This document shows positions 12,601 to 27,600 of a stretch of DNA of 64,000 nt, piece by piece (positions within the stretch are counted from its first letter, which is position 1; each line of letters starts with the position of its first letter). The DNA comes from Tubiluchus corallicola (lineage: Eukaryota; Animalia; Priapulida), in NCBI GenBank assembly GCA_030141605.1, contig JAQGDQ010000359.1, forward strand, positions 62,001 through 126,000, read 5' to 3'. The translations under genes were made by a program, and so were the position numbers. The notes under the pieces were generated by a model. The model searched no databases. It was not told the DNA's origin and worked only from the letters and a program-made list of their open reading frames with translations.

Positions 12601-15600
12601 CTTTTTCTAATGCAGACAACTGCAATAAAAATTAAAGTTTAAGTAGTGACCTAATTTGTCAAAAAACTGACTTAAACAAATGGGAAAAGAACAAAAATGC
12701 ACTGTTTCTACAAAACAAAATCTGCTTGCCAAACAAAACTGCATTGCCCTTGTCTACTTACAAATTTTTAATTTAATCCAAAACTGTTCTGCATAAAACA
12801 ACTCTAGTGCATGAAGTTTTTATTAAAATGGCAAGGTTTTTTCGACACAACAGCTAATCACCTTCAATAAGATTCACTTTTTGTTCTACGACAAGTAACA
12901 TATTAGCAAGATAGATTTTTTGTAGACACTTTGTGTTGCAGTGCTACACTGAAGCATAGATATGTGAGGCATAAATTTCTATTACGCTTTCTACAAATAG
13001 CGTGAACTAGACAAAAATGTTGACCAATCAAGTTGGAAATTATTTCAGTCTTCATAACACACAAATACACAAAATAAACTTCTATACAGTCACTTGACAT
13101 ATAATAAAGTAATGCACAATATTTGGGAAATCACAGTATTTTAACTTATAGTCATTTGGCTTACCAAATCACTATTTTACTGAACACATGCTCTCTTTCT
13201 ATGCCTAAAAAATTACAAAAAAGAGTCTTAGTTCTGACAAGCTAAATTAACACTCATACCTGATTTCTCGAACGATAACTATCCAGTATGCTATTCAAAA
13301 TATTGCCATGTTTGTGAATTTTCCATGACGCGAGTGCCGGACATTTAGATGACCAACTGAGTATTTCTCTGGCCAAAGTAAACATGCCTATCATCTCTGA
13401 AAAATCTTTCACTTGGTGTGTCTAAGAACCAATAAATTTAAAATGTTCATTACCATCCAAGAATTTGCAATAAATTACACATGAATATGTTTCTTTCAAT
13501 TTTGCAAAATAATCAAAACAGGCAAGTGTGCCTGACTGACCGTAACATAAGCGGTAATGTATGAATGCTACTTTCGAAAAATGACCTCACACTTTGGAAG
13601 GTGACGTCATTTAGTGACTAGATAAAATAGCTTAGTATCATCCTGTAAAATATCATTAAAACTTGTTTTAAAACAACAGAACGGGACATTTTTGAAATGA
13701 CATCAACGCAGAGTAGATTACAATATCATCTGACAAATCCGAATTAGATGTGTAATACGCTCTAGTATTATTCTACAAAATTTAAATAAGCTCTATTATT
13801 AACTCATGGAGTAGTAAGCTTTTTTACAGAATTCTTCCTAAAAACCAAAAGAAAAATAAGAAAAATAAGAACAGCAGCGGTGGTGGCAGCAGCAGCAATG
13901 ATGACAACAATAGCAACAAAAGCAGCGGTGGTGGCAACAGTAGCAACAGCAAAAACAAGAATGCCAACAACAACATCAACAAGATGAGTAACATGCAGAA
14001 GTTTTGGTATTGGTATCAAATCACTGCCCTGGTCAGCAAAATAGCCACATCATTAATATAGCTCAGGCAACATAAGTTTGTAAAATAACTGAAAAAGGCA
14101 ATTGTGACAAAATCTAAAATCTGGAGCGAAAAAAACAGTGAAAGTCAGAGCCTAGACCCTTAACAAATGCATATGCTTTAAATAGTTTATTAACATTAAT
14201 TTTTAGCACTGTCATCTTATAATTTCAATCAGTAATATCAATAAAATTATTTCTTCTCATAAAACATCACAATAATTATAGTTCAGCACTTTATGACACA
14301 AAAACGGTTGCTGTGCCTAAAATGTGTTTAGTTTGTACTTTCATAAAAATTAAATAGGCATGAGATATAACAAATAACCACCCCTAAGACAACTGAAATT
14401 AGAGTTCAAGCTGCAATTAATAACATATACCTTAGCAAAGTAAATCACACAAGGTACTATTAGCTTTAATAATAGGACAGTGCTGCTTTTCTCCAAATTT
14501 CCACTCACAATTGACTTGCTCCATAACGGCATACACTGTTTTAACATGTCACTTGCAACAGCAGACGGTATCCTAAATAGTTTTAACAATTACTCCACCA
14601 TGTACAATTCTTCAACACAATATAAAAAAATGTCTTTTGTTTTTTTTTGTTGGGAGTGCAAGTAAACAGGAAAGTTTTATTAATTCTGCTTAAATATGAA
14701 TTGCAACGCCTGAAACTCCCAAATGGCTTGATTGCTTCCATTCATACGGTAAAAGAAGTACCTTGATTCGATATCTTCTCACTGACAGGTAATATTCTGA
14801 ATCGAGTTCACCAAGAGAAATGGAAAGTAAAAAAGCAAAAATTTCTGCTGGCTTTTTCAAAAACGTATACGCCTTAGCTCGAGAACAGAGAAAGTTGACT
14901 AGGAACAAGCTGTGCTAAAAATGTTTGAACAGTGTGTTTGACAATATACGTTATAAATGTTCACTGCTTTTTCAATGCAGGGGACATACTGTTCCTTTAG
15001 TCAGTAGCTCCCTGACATCATCATCTAGAGAAGCGCGAGCAGCAGGTAGATGCTCACTATCTAGAAGTGTGAGCAGCAGGTAGATGCTCACTGACTAGAA
15101 AAGTGTGAGCAATAGGTAGATGCTCACTGACTAGAAGTGTGAGCAGCAGGTAGATGCTCACTGACTAGAAAAGTGTGAGCAGCAGGTAGGTACTCACTGA
15201 CTAAAAAGTGTGAGCAGCAGGTAGGTGCTCACTGACTAGAAGTGTGAGCAGCAGGTAGATGCTCACTGACTAGAAGTGTGAGCAGCAGGTAGATGCTCAC
15301 TGACTAGAAAAGTGTGAGCAGCAGGTAGATGCTCACTGACTAAAAAACTGTGAGCAGCAGGTAGATACTCACTGACTAGAAAAGTGTGAGCAGCAGGTGG
15401 ATGCCCACTGACTAGAAAACTAGTAGCATAGTGCTATTACTACACTGACAAAATATAGTAGGCATTACTATTTATCAGTTTTGTAATATAAATTTTATAA
15501 TTTGCAAGACAGTGTCACGTGATCAGTCTGTTAAAACACACTGAAATTTTAGATTAACATAAAAGACATGTTTATTCTGCCATCGCACAAGTTAAAAGTG

Positions 15601-18549
15601 TTTGGCCTGATACGTGGCCAGTCCAGGTGCATCTCCCCGATTTACAGTTGAATTCAATTGAATAACACAGTCAATATAACTTTCATAGAATGCGTCTAGT
15701 TTTTCAGACCACAACGCATTTATGACACCCCGGTATTGTCGCCAACAGCACTATTCCTACTGCCTAAGGAACAGTCCTACTGGTAACAATCCCTAGAGGA
15801 TAAAAAATGCACTATTACAATCAAATTAGGTATTAGTCGTATATTACATATGGGACTTTGAGACACATTTTTCACAGGCACCTATCACATTATAAAGAAA
15901 GCTCCTCTAAGAAGCGCTGAACCAACAAAAATATTTCACCCGTACTTTGATGTAAATACATCCTCCATCAACACTGGAGTAAATGGCGGAAGTACAGCAA
16001 ATGAAACTGGCTAAAAGTGACTACATAACCAGGCAGTCATCCATTCATTTATTGAACAAGCTAAGTATTGCTTAACTTCAGTCACAACATCACTTGACCA
16101 TTCACACCATCCTACTGAGCACTGTTACTTAATAACAATGTTTCTGCAAGACCTTTGCTAACTGATTAACTGTTGCTTCTACAGGAAAGAGCTGTGTCTA
16201 TTTCTCTGTAAGGTATCTCAAGAATATGTGAATGAATATTATGGAAATTTAAAAGTTTATGAAATTTTGTTGAAATTCATAGAAACTTCTTAGAAAAATA
16301 TGACGTACATGTAGGTCACATAAAAGTTATTTAAATTTTGGTGATGGCTGACCAAATGATTGATATTTACGAAAGAAAAATCTATTTTTGTGTATTATGT
16401 ATTTACATTTTGTGAAAAGAAACCAGTGCAACTCAAATAAAAGCAGAAACGCAACATAAAATGAAACACTTACCTATGGTATATAAATGGATATAGCAAT
16501 TTATAGCAACATATTGTGGCATTCAAAGCTAATCTGTGTTCATTCAAGAAATTTGCTGCTTCTATCGCAACTCTGAATCTCTCACATTCTGTTAACTGGC
16601 AAAACTGCAAGCAAATCTTAAATTTTTCACTCAAGAATTACTTAGAAACGCACTCAGAAATACATTGTTAATATCGACTGGACATTATTGTTGATGTAAT
16701 TTGTTTCAAATAAGCATGACGAACAAATATGAAGTAAAAAAGTTGTTTGGTGAAGAATGTCATACAAAGGAAAATTAGAAAGTCTAATAAGTCTAAGATA
16801 TGTTCTATTCCGCAACAAACATTGGAATGCATAGGTTTGTTTTTGGGACATCTGAGTTAACATTTTTTAACGATTGTACAGAAAGAACTTGTAAGTCCTA
16901 ACTCAATCTGAAGTTGTGATAAAGAATTTAAAACAGTGGTTTCAAAGTAAAACTGTATCAGTTATAGTAGCAAATTCTGGTTAGCAACAAAAAAACTTGG
17001 TTCTTGGCAATTTAGTTAAGCAACAAGTCCACAACAGTGAAAAGCAAACAAAAGTCAACAAAACATATTCAATAAAACCACCACTACGTGGGTGTCATCA
17101 ACAGAAACCTGGTCAGCAGGTTGCACATGTGCCAACAAACAATACACTAGCTATGCTGCATAATAACAAGATTATATGCATATGATATAAAATTTCAAGT
17201 TTCCTGCAAGTTTGTTTTAGTTATACCTCACCCATTAATTAGGCTACATCCCAATTAATTAATTTCAACACAACAAGTTCTATGGGAGTCCATGAGACTG
17301 AGATGGTTTGTTTGAAGCAAACTGCAGAAAAGTGTTATTAATAACTAATAAATAGCTAGATAAATTATGTATAACGTAGGATCACTAGAGTGTAAAAACT
17401 ACGATTGTTACATACTATTTGTTATTCTCTTTCAATGCTATGAATATTTAATTAGCTTGTTAATGTATCTAACTAACATATTAATTGTTTCTTACACTTA
17501 ATATGTACGTGTTATACTATAGTATCATGGCAAATAAAAAGACTGTTCTACCTATCAGGTCATGTCTATTTAGCATTGAATTTCAGAACCAATTTAAGTG
17601 TGTATAAAAAATTTGCTGACCTTCTTATATCATATAAAAGTCCTTAAAAAGCCCATACACAAGAAAATGTTTTTGCCAAATATCATACTTCTCAGAATTA
17701 ATATTTCAATTTAAAAGAGTCATGTTCCTAGGAAAAGTTAGTCAGATCACTTGTTACTGTATACATACAAAACATGAACATAATCTCATACCTGGGATTT
17801 ATATGGTGGAAACAGGTCTGGCATTATCTGTGCTGTAAATAAACAAAGATGCATCGCACTCTGAAACCGAATGAATATGCTCACAACAAACGATTTCAAC
17901 AGCACGTTATGGCAGTCTTCTTTAACTTCAGGTTTTAGATAATAATTTGTCGTCAAGCCATCTGACTCTTGAGGCAGTGCACTGTAAACGAGGCTCTCCC
18001 AAAGACAATCGCAAGCTGTTATGGCAGATTCAAAGGCCTGCACAGTGTATGCTGCCTATAATTCCAAATACATCTGTACTACTAAATTATCAATTGACGT
18101 AATGTGTTAAGTGGTTTAACCAATTGTGTGCAACACCACTCCATTAAAAAACTTGATGACCACTTAACTAGCTGGTTTGTTTATAATGCAATAGTAATAA
18201 GTTTATTGATGACTACAATACAGTACAATACAATGCAATACAATAAGATAAAATAATACAATACAATACAAACAAACAACACAACACAATACAATACACA
18301 ATACATACAATAATTTATAACATAAAGTAATGTAATGTAATATAATATAATCACTTTTTCACTTTAATAGTCACTTTTTCACCTGGCTATATTAACCTAT
18401 AACAGGCTCATAAATTGCAAATAGAAGCAGAACATAATTAATATTGCATCTTTAATTTAGGATCCCTTGTTTAAGAAACTGAAATTTAATCCACTGCTTA
18501 AATATACTTGTGTTAGATGCTCACTCCACTTATTAATATTCACAGTAAA

Positions 18550-18605
<56 letters not shown>

Positions 18606-21600
18606 GGCTTAATTCTAGCGTCATAGCTTTATTTAACCAGATAGGTTATATAGTCATTAAGCAGTTGTATTTTTGTAAGTTCAGTTCTATATTTCAAACT
18701 TTCACACATCAGCTTACTCAAACTGATAACATTCATTTGTGCACTTAGCTCAAACGATTCATCCAACTTGTCAGATGAGTTTTGAAAAAACAGATGCTTA
18801 CTGTCTTAGTTCAAATGTACTACAATGATGACCATTGGAAAATGTTTACTAAACTTATTTCTCAAGTGACATTTTAACTGCTCTTTCACAATTTTATAAT
18901 AAAAATGATACATGCAACCAGCCATACATGCAAACAGCATAGCTGCAAACTATACAATTTAGGATTATTTTAAAAACCGAATGTTAACAAATTCTCATAA
19001 AAATGATACATGCAAACAGCATAGCTGCAAACTATACAATTTAGGATTATTTTAAAAACCGAATGTTAACAAATTCTCTGATTAGCAATTTTATAGTGGA
19101 AAATAAAATACATATTACCTGCACCAAGTTAAACCAAATAAGATGAGTGTTGCCATAGAGACAGGAAGCAAGAATCGGTCGCGATGTTTCGCCAATGCTG
19201 CCTGATATTAATTGCCCTTGTGCAGTGTAAGCTGCTATAGCAAAGATGTATCTCTCATTTGGCTTTAACCCAGAAACTTGTAGGTAAGGATTCCTACTAG
19301 GTACCTGTTCAAAACTAGAATTGTAAAAACCTGCAAAAACTATAAGCAGGTTGATCAAACTAGAGACAAGCCTTTTAAATGAGGATGAGACTGACAATAC
19401 CAACAAACGGTTCGTTTCAAGCTAACTCCTTCTCCATGTGGCATAGCCCGAGTCCCAAGGGAGCAGACAGAGCTCTAGCAGGAAGCATCTAGCCCACTCC
19501 AAATTGGAAGGCATGATGCTAGCCAGGACAAAGCAGGTCTGACCACCAAGCCCCTCAACTCTGCCATATTTGCTGAAGTGGTGAAAAAGCTTGGTTCAGG
19601 ACTAACAAAGACTTCAGAGAAACATAATAAATACAAAATCTGCTCCAATATTATTTAATTACAAAACAAGATTAAAACAAACTGTCATGACCAAATGTGA
19701 GAAAACTAACAAAAGAGATCAAATAGTTCAAAGCAACCCATTCTACATTTACCCAAGACCATAACACAATACTGGAAATTGTAAAAATCTTATCAGTTAA
19801 GATTGTGATACTATTGTATTGATTATTGATTGTATTGTATGAACTGTACTGTTTGTGTAGGCCTATAGTATTCAATTATACTGTATTGTAACGTATGATT
19901 TTAGCTGATTGTATTGCATTGTATTGAATAATGACTACATAATATGAATGTGATTCTCATATTTTCTCTATTGTAAAACTCCTAAAGTACCTTAATCAAT
20001 CAATGATTTTTGTTTATACAGTGATAGTTTAGTTAGTTAGTTTTTTAGTTTTAGTTGTGTGATTAGCTTTGTCTGAATTATTCTAATGTACTTTTAAGAC
20101 CATAGCTTGGTATTTTCACACGTTTCCTTAAAATGTTATTGCCAAATATCAATTTTTTTATCTGTAATGAATTACTACCACGTTAACTGTCATACACTTA
20201 TTTACGTATTTACTGTTACCCAGTAAAATGGTAAATAAATATTATTCTACCTATCTATCTATCTAAATGTGCTATAAAAAGGCTTAATTAATTAAACTAT
20301 CGTTAAAATGTCGAAATTATAGCAGATGATTGAATTATACTGCAAGTAAAAAAGAAGAAAGGAAATGCCCATCTCGAAAAAACATTAACTAATACAAAGA
20401 TAAACAGTAAAGCAACTAAATGAATAAAACAATAATTCACATAAGTTATTAGAATTCTAAATATAAATGTGTAATGCATTACTTGCCATTACTCCAGTGC
20501 CAGGCAAATGATAATCATTCAGTCGAACCTTCAAAATTTTACCTGCTGCTGAACGACCAAAAATCTGATACCAAGTTACGTCTGCACTATGCAAAAACCT
20601 GGCTGGCTTGAAAACAATTGATGTGTCAGTACGCAGAAACACTTCAGGTGGTGGAGGAATAGAGGAATTAGGTTTATCGTTGCTTCTCACACTACTGTAC
20701 TTAGATTCTTCCTGTATTGTTCGCTTTAGCAGTGTTAAACCTTCCGCGGCAAATTCTTTTGCAACCTGCGGGCTGTGCTTCGCAACTAGTAAAGCCTCCT
20801 CCACACAGACCATAGCTCGGTACAAACTATTCTTACCACAATATGGGTAATCTTTTTCAGTTGTGGAGGGTGAGTGATTGCATGCTTTGCAGGCACAGTC
20901 CATATTGCTATCAACTGGAATAGCAATGTTTGTAGAGCCTTTATGCTCTAAAGTAAAAAACAAAGGGCACTTAATACAAATATCCTTTCCTATTCACATG
21001 CTATACATAGCAATTAGCAAAGATATAAAGTCAAACCCAACAGACAAATAAATGTTTAAGACTCACTTAAGACCACAAAGACTTTACATGAATTATGCAT
21101 AGATGCATATACAAATAAGACATGCACTATGAATACATTGTTATTACTCATAATAAACAAAAGTCTCCTTCAATATGCAGCCAGGTTAGTGAAATAAATT
21201 GGGAAAGAAGTAATTAGCATCAAATTAGAAAAGTTAGAAAGACTGGAAATAGCTTAATAAAGTTGATGAAACACCTCTAAAATATCCAGCAGTCTTAAAG
21301 TTGCTGTAGCAATTCACCCAAAAGTTCCACTTAGTCATGTGGTATATTGAACAAGTCAAAATAGAAAAGGTTTTTTCCTAATATAAGGAACACGGTTTTT
21401 TTCTACAAAATGGCAGCTATAAGAAATAAGGGACATTTTCATGCAAGTTTTACTTCAGATATGTCTAGTCGACTCGTAATAAAAATTGACTACAGTCAAC
21501 AAAGCCTATAAAGACAATGTGATGGTAGTGAATGCGAGTATCAGATCTGAGTACCAATGAACTTGTCATCTACCAACTCCTTCAGGACGGCAACACACAT

Positions 21601-24600
21601 AATAGGTCTTGTAAGACCAATGACTTTTCTGCACTGTTTGTGCACAGACAGAATTAAATGATTACAAATTAGGTGCTGTTCTGTTTATGAGAATCTCGGC
21701 TATCCAGTCATGCTATTTTGTATGTATTTATAAGAGATTTAATTGGATAAAATTAAGAATAACAAGCCCTTTTCAGGCATTAAAACTAAGCTTATTGGGT
21801 AGCTTAGTCTGGTTTACACTTAAGCAATCATGCACCCTATTTTATTGATCGCCTGCGTGCTACACAATAAAAGAACTGTCTGTTGTACAGCGTTCAGCTG
21901 CCATACCAAGAAAAAGCCCCAAGCAATCAGACAAGGACTTCTTTATAAAACTAGGGTAGACTTGAGGTCAAAGTCTATCAGAATGTTGTGTCTGGATAGT
22001 TGAATTTTTTGCATTAGGCGTTACAAACAGTGCAGTTGCTGCAAGTTTATTTCAATTTGCTTGTCAAAAATGGACTTCTTAACTAGTCTATTGTTAAGCA
22101 AATACATTTCATACATAATATTGCATGAAAACCAATTGTAATATAATGTAATCATTGTTTAGTGAGAGCAGTTTTTCTTGAACTTATGCAAAATGTAGCA
22201 AACTCTTACGGTTCTGACAGTTAAGTAAAGCTTAAACTGAAACTAACTGATGTCTGTAAAAAGCCATGGAGATCTCCAAGTTCCTAGGAATTTTTGCATT
22301 TTTGGCCAGTATTGATATACTACTAAAATGCCTTTTCAAGACAGTAATAAAGTAGTTTAATTAACCAATACAAGAAAACCATTTAAATTCTAAAATTCTT
22401 CAGTAAAAACAACAACGGGTAAGACCCACCTGGTGGAATATGAGCAAGCTTGACTAAATGCCTGAAGTACAAAGCCACTATATTAATCTTTTTTTCTATA
22501 GTACAAGCAGCCGCCTCGTTGTCATAGTAACAATGTAAAGCAGCGTCTTCTTGCAAAGCATCTAAGGTGTTTTTCAAACTTTCTGTTGACTGTTGGTAAT
22601 ATTGCATTTCATTTGTACCACCTGTGTACATAATAAAGCTTAGAGAAGCGAGACTTTGCAAGCAAAAATACTTTATCAAAATCAAAGCTCTCCAGTAAAC
22701 AATTTTAACAAAAAAAACTTTAAAAATGAATTAGCTTGTGCTTCACATACAGTCAAATATATGAATGTTCATTGTTTTTCCTTGGTGTACAAGAAGGAAT
22801 ATACATTTTTAAAGAAAAATACTGCAGAACATGGTTCAAAATGACATATAGTTTAAAATTAATTATGTGCAAGTATTTTTTTTGAACAACAGAATTATTA
22901 TTTTTGAAGCTTAATTTCTTTAGTTTCTTTTAATTTTGCAAGCTCATATATTTAAAGGATGCCAGACAATGCCTGTTGCAGTGCAAATATATGCACACTA
23001 CCAGATCGCAGAATTATTTAGCAAATTGGAAGTGTAATTCCATTACGTTAGCAAATAGGCAACAAGCAGCATTGTTCAATGAGTTCCTAAATGAATATTA
23101 GATGTTAAAACCAACAAACCAGAGAGACAGCACCAACTAGATGGTGTAACCGTTTCAATGGCAAGTTCTTCAAGGAAAAAAGCAAGTGTAAGCGTCACTT
23201 CCATGGTAAATTCTATGTTAGAGCTCGCCTGACCACTCCACAACAAAACTTTGTGCACAGTATTTAATTCCTCCAATAGCTTCAAAAATTCAAAGAGATG
23301 TAATTACTTGCTTGAATAATAACAGGCAAACAGGTTAACTTAATTAGATGTTAACCATGTATGTTTTACTAGTGTAATATACGTATAAAGTTAGCAATTT
23401 TAACTTTCACAGTAATTCCTCTTCAGTTACCAGTTTCTTCGGAAACGTAGATGTCACTTCCAAACTTCCATTGTGAAATCTTTCAAAGGCAGGTTTGCAA
23501 GCTGTCCACACCATGTTCATCGCATCCAGTACAATCTCCATGTCAATTTCTTCAACCAGAAATTTCAATGCAGCTTGCACACCATGACATATACCTTCCA
23601 CATAATTCAATTCCACATCTGCAAAAAAAAATTTGACATCTTCCACAACAGTTACAGTAAACCCTTGCTTAATGACTCCCCATTTAGCAATGCTTCGTTT
23701 TAATGATACTGAACATTTGACACCTTTTCTCACTTAACGACACATGCTTGATTTTAGTGACAATTGTTTTGCCTTGAAGCGGTGAGACAACCACTGAAAT
23801 TTTATATACTGTGCTCGTACTTTATAAAGCCAAGTAACAATCCGAATCATGGTAAAATTTCCCACACTAACTCTGATAGCAGGCAGTTAGAAACAGGAAT
23901 ACAGATACGATCCACTGCTAGTTGCTCCTTATCACTTAGTAAACAAGTAATATATAAGTGTAAGCAGAAAAACTAATAAAATGTTTGACTTATGAACCTT
24001 CTGTATTGCTCCTGGAAAGCAACCGAACACAATACATGTTCCTGTGCAAGGCATGGTTCCATTTAATGACATTTTGCAACAAAGCGACTTGATTTCTCAT
24101 TATGCAGCAAAAAGGAAATTACGAAAAATCTTGCAAACTAAGCTATATATCTTTAGCATAAAATAAAATGACTACTGTCATGCAATAGTAGCTAGCCCTA
24201 CAGTTACACTGAATACCTATGGGATGTATGTCATCAGTTTGCCTAGCACCCTCTTCCTCATCTTCTTTGGAGAGGTCATTTTTGAGCTTTCTGTATGAAG
24301 CTACAGCGGTCAGAATGTCCAAGACAACGATATCACTCGCCCGGTTGCTCAGGGCTCCCAAAACGGTATGACGGCCACAACAGTTGCACATCAGAAGACG
24401 AAAAATTTCCCACTGTTCATAGCGAAACAGAAGCTTTAAAAAGCTGACATAGCTGCTAGCAGAAATTTTATCAGAACCTGGTAGACAAAAATAATAGAAT
24501 GACAGAAAAGCTAATGCACCATACAGTGATATACCATAAAAAATAAATTAAAAGAATTTTTATAAGCTAATTTACTTCATAGTAGCAATTAAAGCAAACA

Positions 24601-27600
24601 ATGACATTTCCACAAACTTAATGACGTATTGACTATTTTGACAATGAACAGCATGAATTTTAACATAAAAAGCAAACAACTTCTTTAGCAGACAAATAAA
24701 TGTACAAGAAGTGCAGGCTAAAATTGTAAATGTTGCAGAAATGTAAATCATACATAAACAGCCTAGAATATGAGTAACTAAAGAAAATTTTGAAACACTG
24801 TACCTTTAGCTGCTAGTTCTCGTAATGCGTGCTCGTCAGTGATACCAGTATGAAAAGATTCAACATCAGGATCTCTAGGTTCTATTTTGTAAATGTATAA
24901 ATGTGTGCAATAGTACTTTATAAAACATTTAAGTTATATGAACCAATAATTAGTGATTTTTGTTCCTGGAATGCACCTGCATGCTTTTATATTATTTCCT
25001 GTGGAAGGCATATCTTTATTTAATGACAATTTGTTTAGCATCGAGTTTTGCTACCCACACATTAGAGTTAAGGGACAACTTACTGTTAACTTATTATTAT
25101 AATGGGTTTGTAACATTAGAGGACTATTGTATTTTGCATTAATAGAACCCATATGTTTTAGTTTGAAGTTCACTTAAATCAGCTCATCAGATACAACATT
25201 ACGTTCCACTAGAACAGACATGAGTTTAACAAAGGACTGGGTTTACAGTGTCAGTGTAGGTTTTTCATAGTGGGTAGTTTTAGTAATAAAATTAGTATAT
25301 AAGGAATGCTTCACAGCTCTAAGACAGTTAAACAAACGGTCAATTTCTAGAGGTTTGTTTTTACACCTAAACAATGTATCAAATTTTCGTTATTACAAAC
25401 GTTTGTACCATGAACAACATTTACATTTGGCCTGCTAATTACTAAAAAAGCACTTGTGAAACCCAATTGAAAAGCAAAACAAAATTCAGCCAGACCATAT
25501 CAAGTAAATATATAAGTAAATAAATAAATGTATATAAACAAAACTATTTGAAATAATTATCAACATCTGGAAAAATATATCAGCAATGTTTTTATCAAGA
25601 AGTCTAAACTTCCCTTTTAGATTTGACAAATTTAAGCAAAGCAAACTTGTCAGTTGTTGTCACTTTCAGCTCAATCTACATTTAATACTGCAGTTACAAT
25701 TAATGCTTACCACATATTATAGTCAAACCAACAGCCAAGAGCTCTATTTGCCATTCGACTGCATCACCGCCACCAGCGGGCTGTTTTGAGTTCAAGGTAT
25801 GAATGTTTGGATGATCAAGGGCCTCCAATATGGCAAGAAACTGAGCTGCTTTGCCTTCAAACATGTCGGCCAAATAGCGTTCAGTCACAGTGCGATGTCT
25901 AGCAGGCTGGAGACAAGGTAAAACATACATGATCTAATTAGATTTAATAGATTATATAAAAAGACAAAAATTCTCATTCGAGGCTGTACTGCATAAATGA
26001 GCCCACAATTTGTTTAAAAAATGAAGGCTATTGTGCAAAAATTATTAGTCATTACTAATAATCAAATACTGCTAAGGGGCACATTGAACATGAGCCTAAG
26101 TTAGTCAATAAGCATTCATGCCAATATCCAATAAACAACATACTTACTGTTAGCATCTCTCTCTGCAAAATTTTCGTTCCATACAATGGTCCCTTTTGTT
26201 TTCTCTTCTTTACAATAATACTGAGCCGAAAAATTATAGAACCCAACTGCAACAAACCAGTTTAACTTGAAATTTTTTCGAAATAAACAACTCAAATAAA
26301 ATACTATAATGCAATGTGAAATATAAAGATGTAAAATAAACATATGCAATATTTTCAATCCAGGTCAGATTCAATATACTTTATTAAATGTGTGGTCTTG
26401 TCAACAAAAAATACTATCCCAAAAATGCCTACTACTTTCTACACTCTACAGTTACCGAAAAAACAAGTACTTGTCCCCAAATGAGCGAGATCCAACACAT
26501 CACTTTTGTATTTTTAGCTATATTTTAATTGTAACATTTAGAGTTACGTACAGTTTAATTTAATTATGGCTATGGATTTGTGCTAACTGTTTAAATTTCT
26601 TAAGTAACTCAGGGCAAAATAGTAAATGAAGCATTTCACATACACGATGTGTATGTTACCAAAAAATATGTCTCTGTCTATGTCTGTATTTCTGTTTCTG
26701 TTTGTATATGTCCATTTTCACAACAACACAACAAAGTCCTTTACTTACCAGCAAGACATGAATGTAAATAGTTTTAATCAGCATTTTTAAGCTTTCATTA
26801 TTCATATCGATGATCCGAACAAGATCAGTAATCACATTAAATGAGGGAGCAGTCACGGACAATTAAGATCAATTTTTAGGTTACAGTCTACAACTTGTTT
26901 CACAAAGTATTTTCTAAATTACTTCTGCTGAATGCACTACTGGTTTAGAAACCCACCATTAAAAAGAATGCAACACTGCTACAAAATTGCTCAGTATTTT
27001 AGATTATAAAATGTTTACTATTAAATATGCATAACATCTGTGACCTGTTATAACATGGTTTGCTATAGCATGATGTACTTAATGTCTAAGTCTCGATGTC
27101 TAATGAGCATCTGCTGCTGGCACGCAAGTGTGAAAAAAGTGTGAAGGCAGATAATGATATCAATCATATCATGACTAAATTACCTACCCATCTTGCATTA
27201 TAATGGAATTATCGCATATACTGCCACCTACCTATCCTAAACATAAAATTGTTATATGTGGATGGCCTCTAAGGTCAAGTTAGTAATGACTCGTTGTAAT
27301 ACGAGAGAATTTAATACAACCATACTTTGACAACTGCGAGCCGAAACACGCTTTCATCTTCCTTCGATATAAAGCCATTTTTCTCCAGCAAGAGCTTATG
27401 CATTTCTTGCACCTTGTGGAGGCCTCTTCTGGCAAATTCCTAAACACAATATAACACATTGAAAAGTGATAACACATATTGTAAGTAAATATTAGTTTAT
27501 ATTAGTACACCTTACATTGTTTTACATGCTTCTTGGTCATTCATAATAAATCTTGGTAGGGTAGCTAAGAAACAACATTTTCTGTTTGGATTTATTTCTA

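Noticed and set aside
13804-14019. Hydrophobic membrane-protein-like ORF
   Set aside because: Arises from (GCA/ACA)-type low-complexity repeats in an intron; not needed for the CFAP54 exon phase chain.
15026-15423. CRISPR array (palindromic ~35-bp repeats)
   Set aside because: Units are contiguous with no unique spacers, there are no cas genes, and the context is a eukaryotic intron.
18467-18748. Poly-Tyr ORF
   Set aside because: Translation of the (TAT)n microsatellite.
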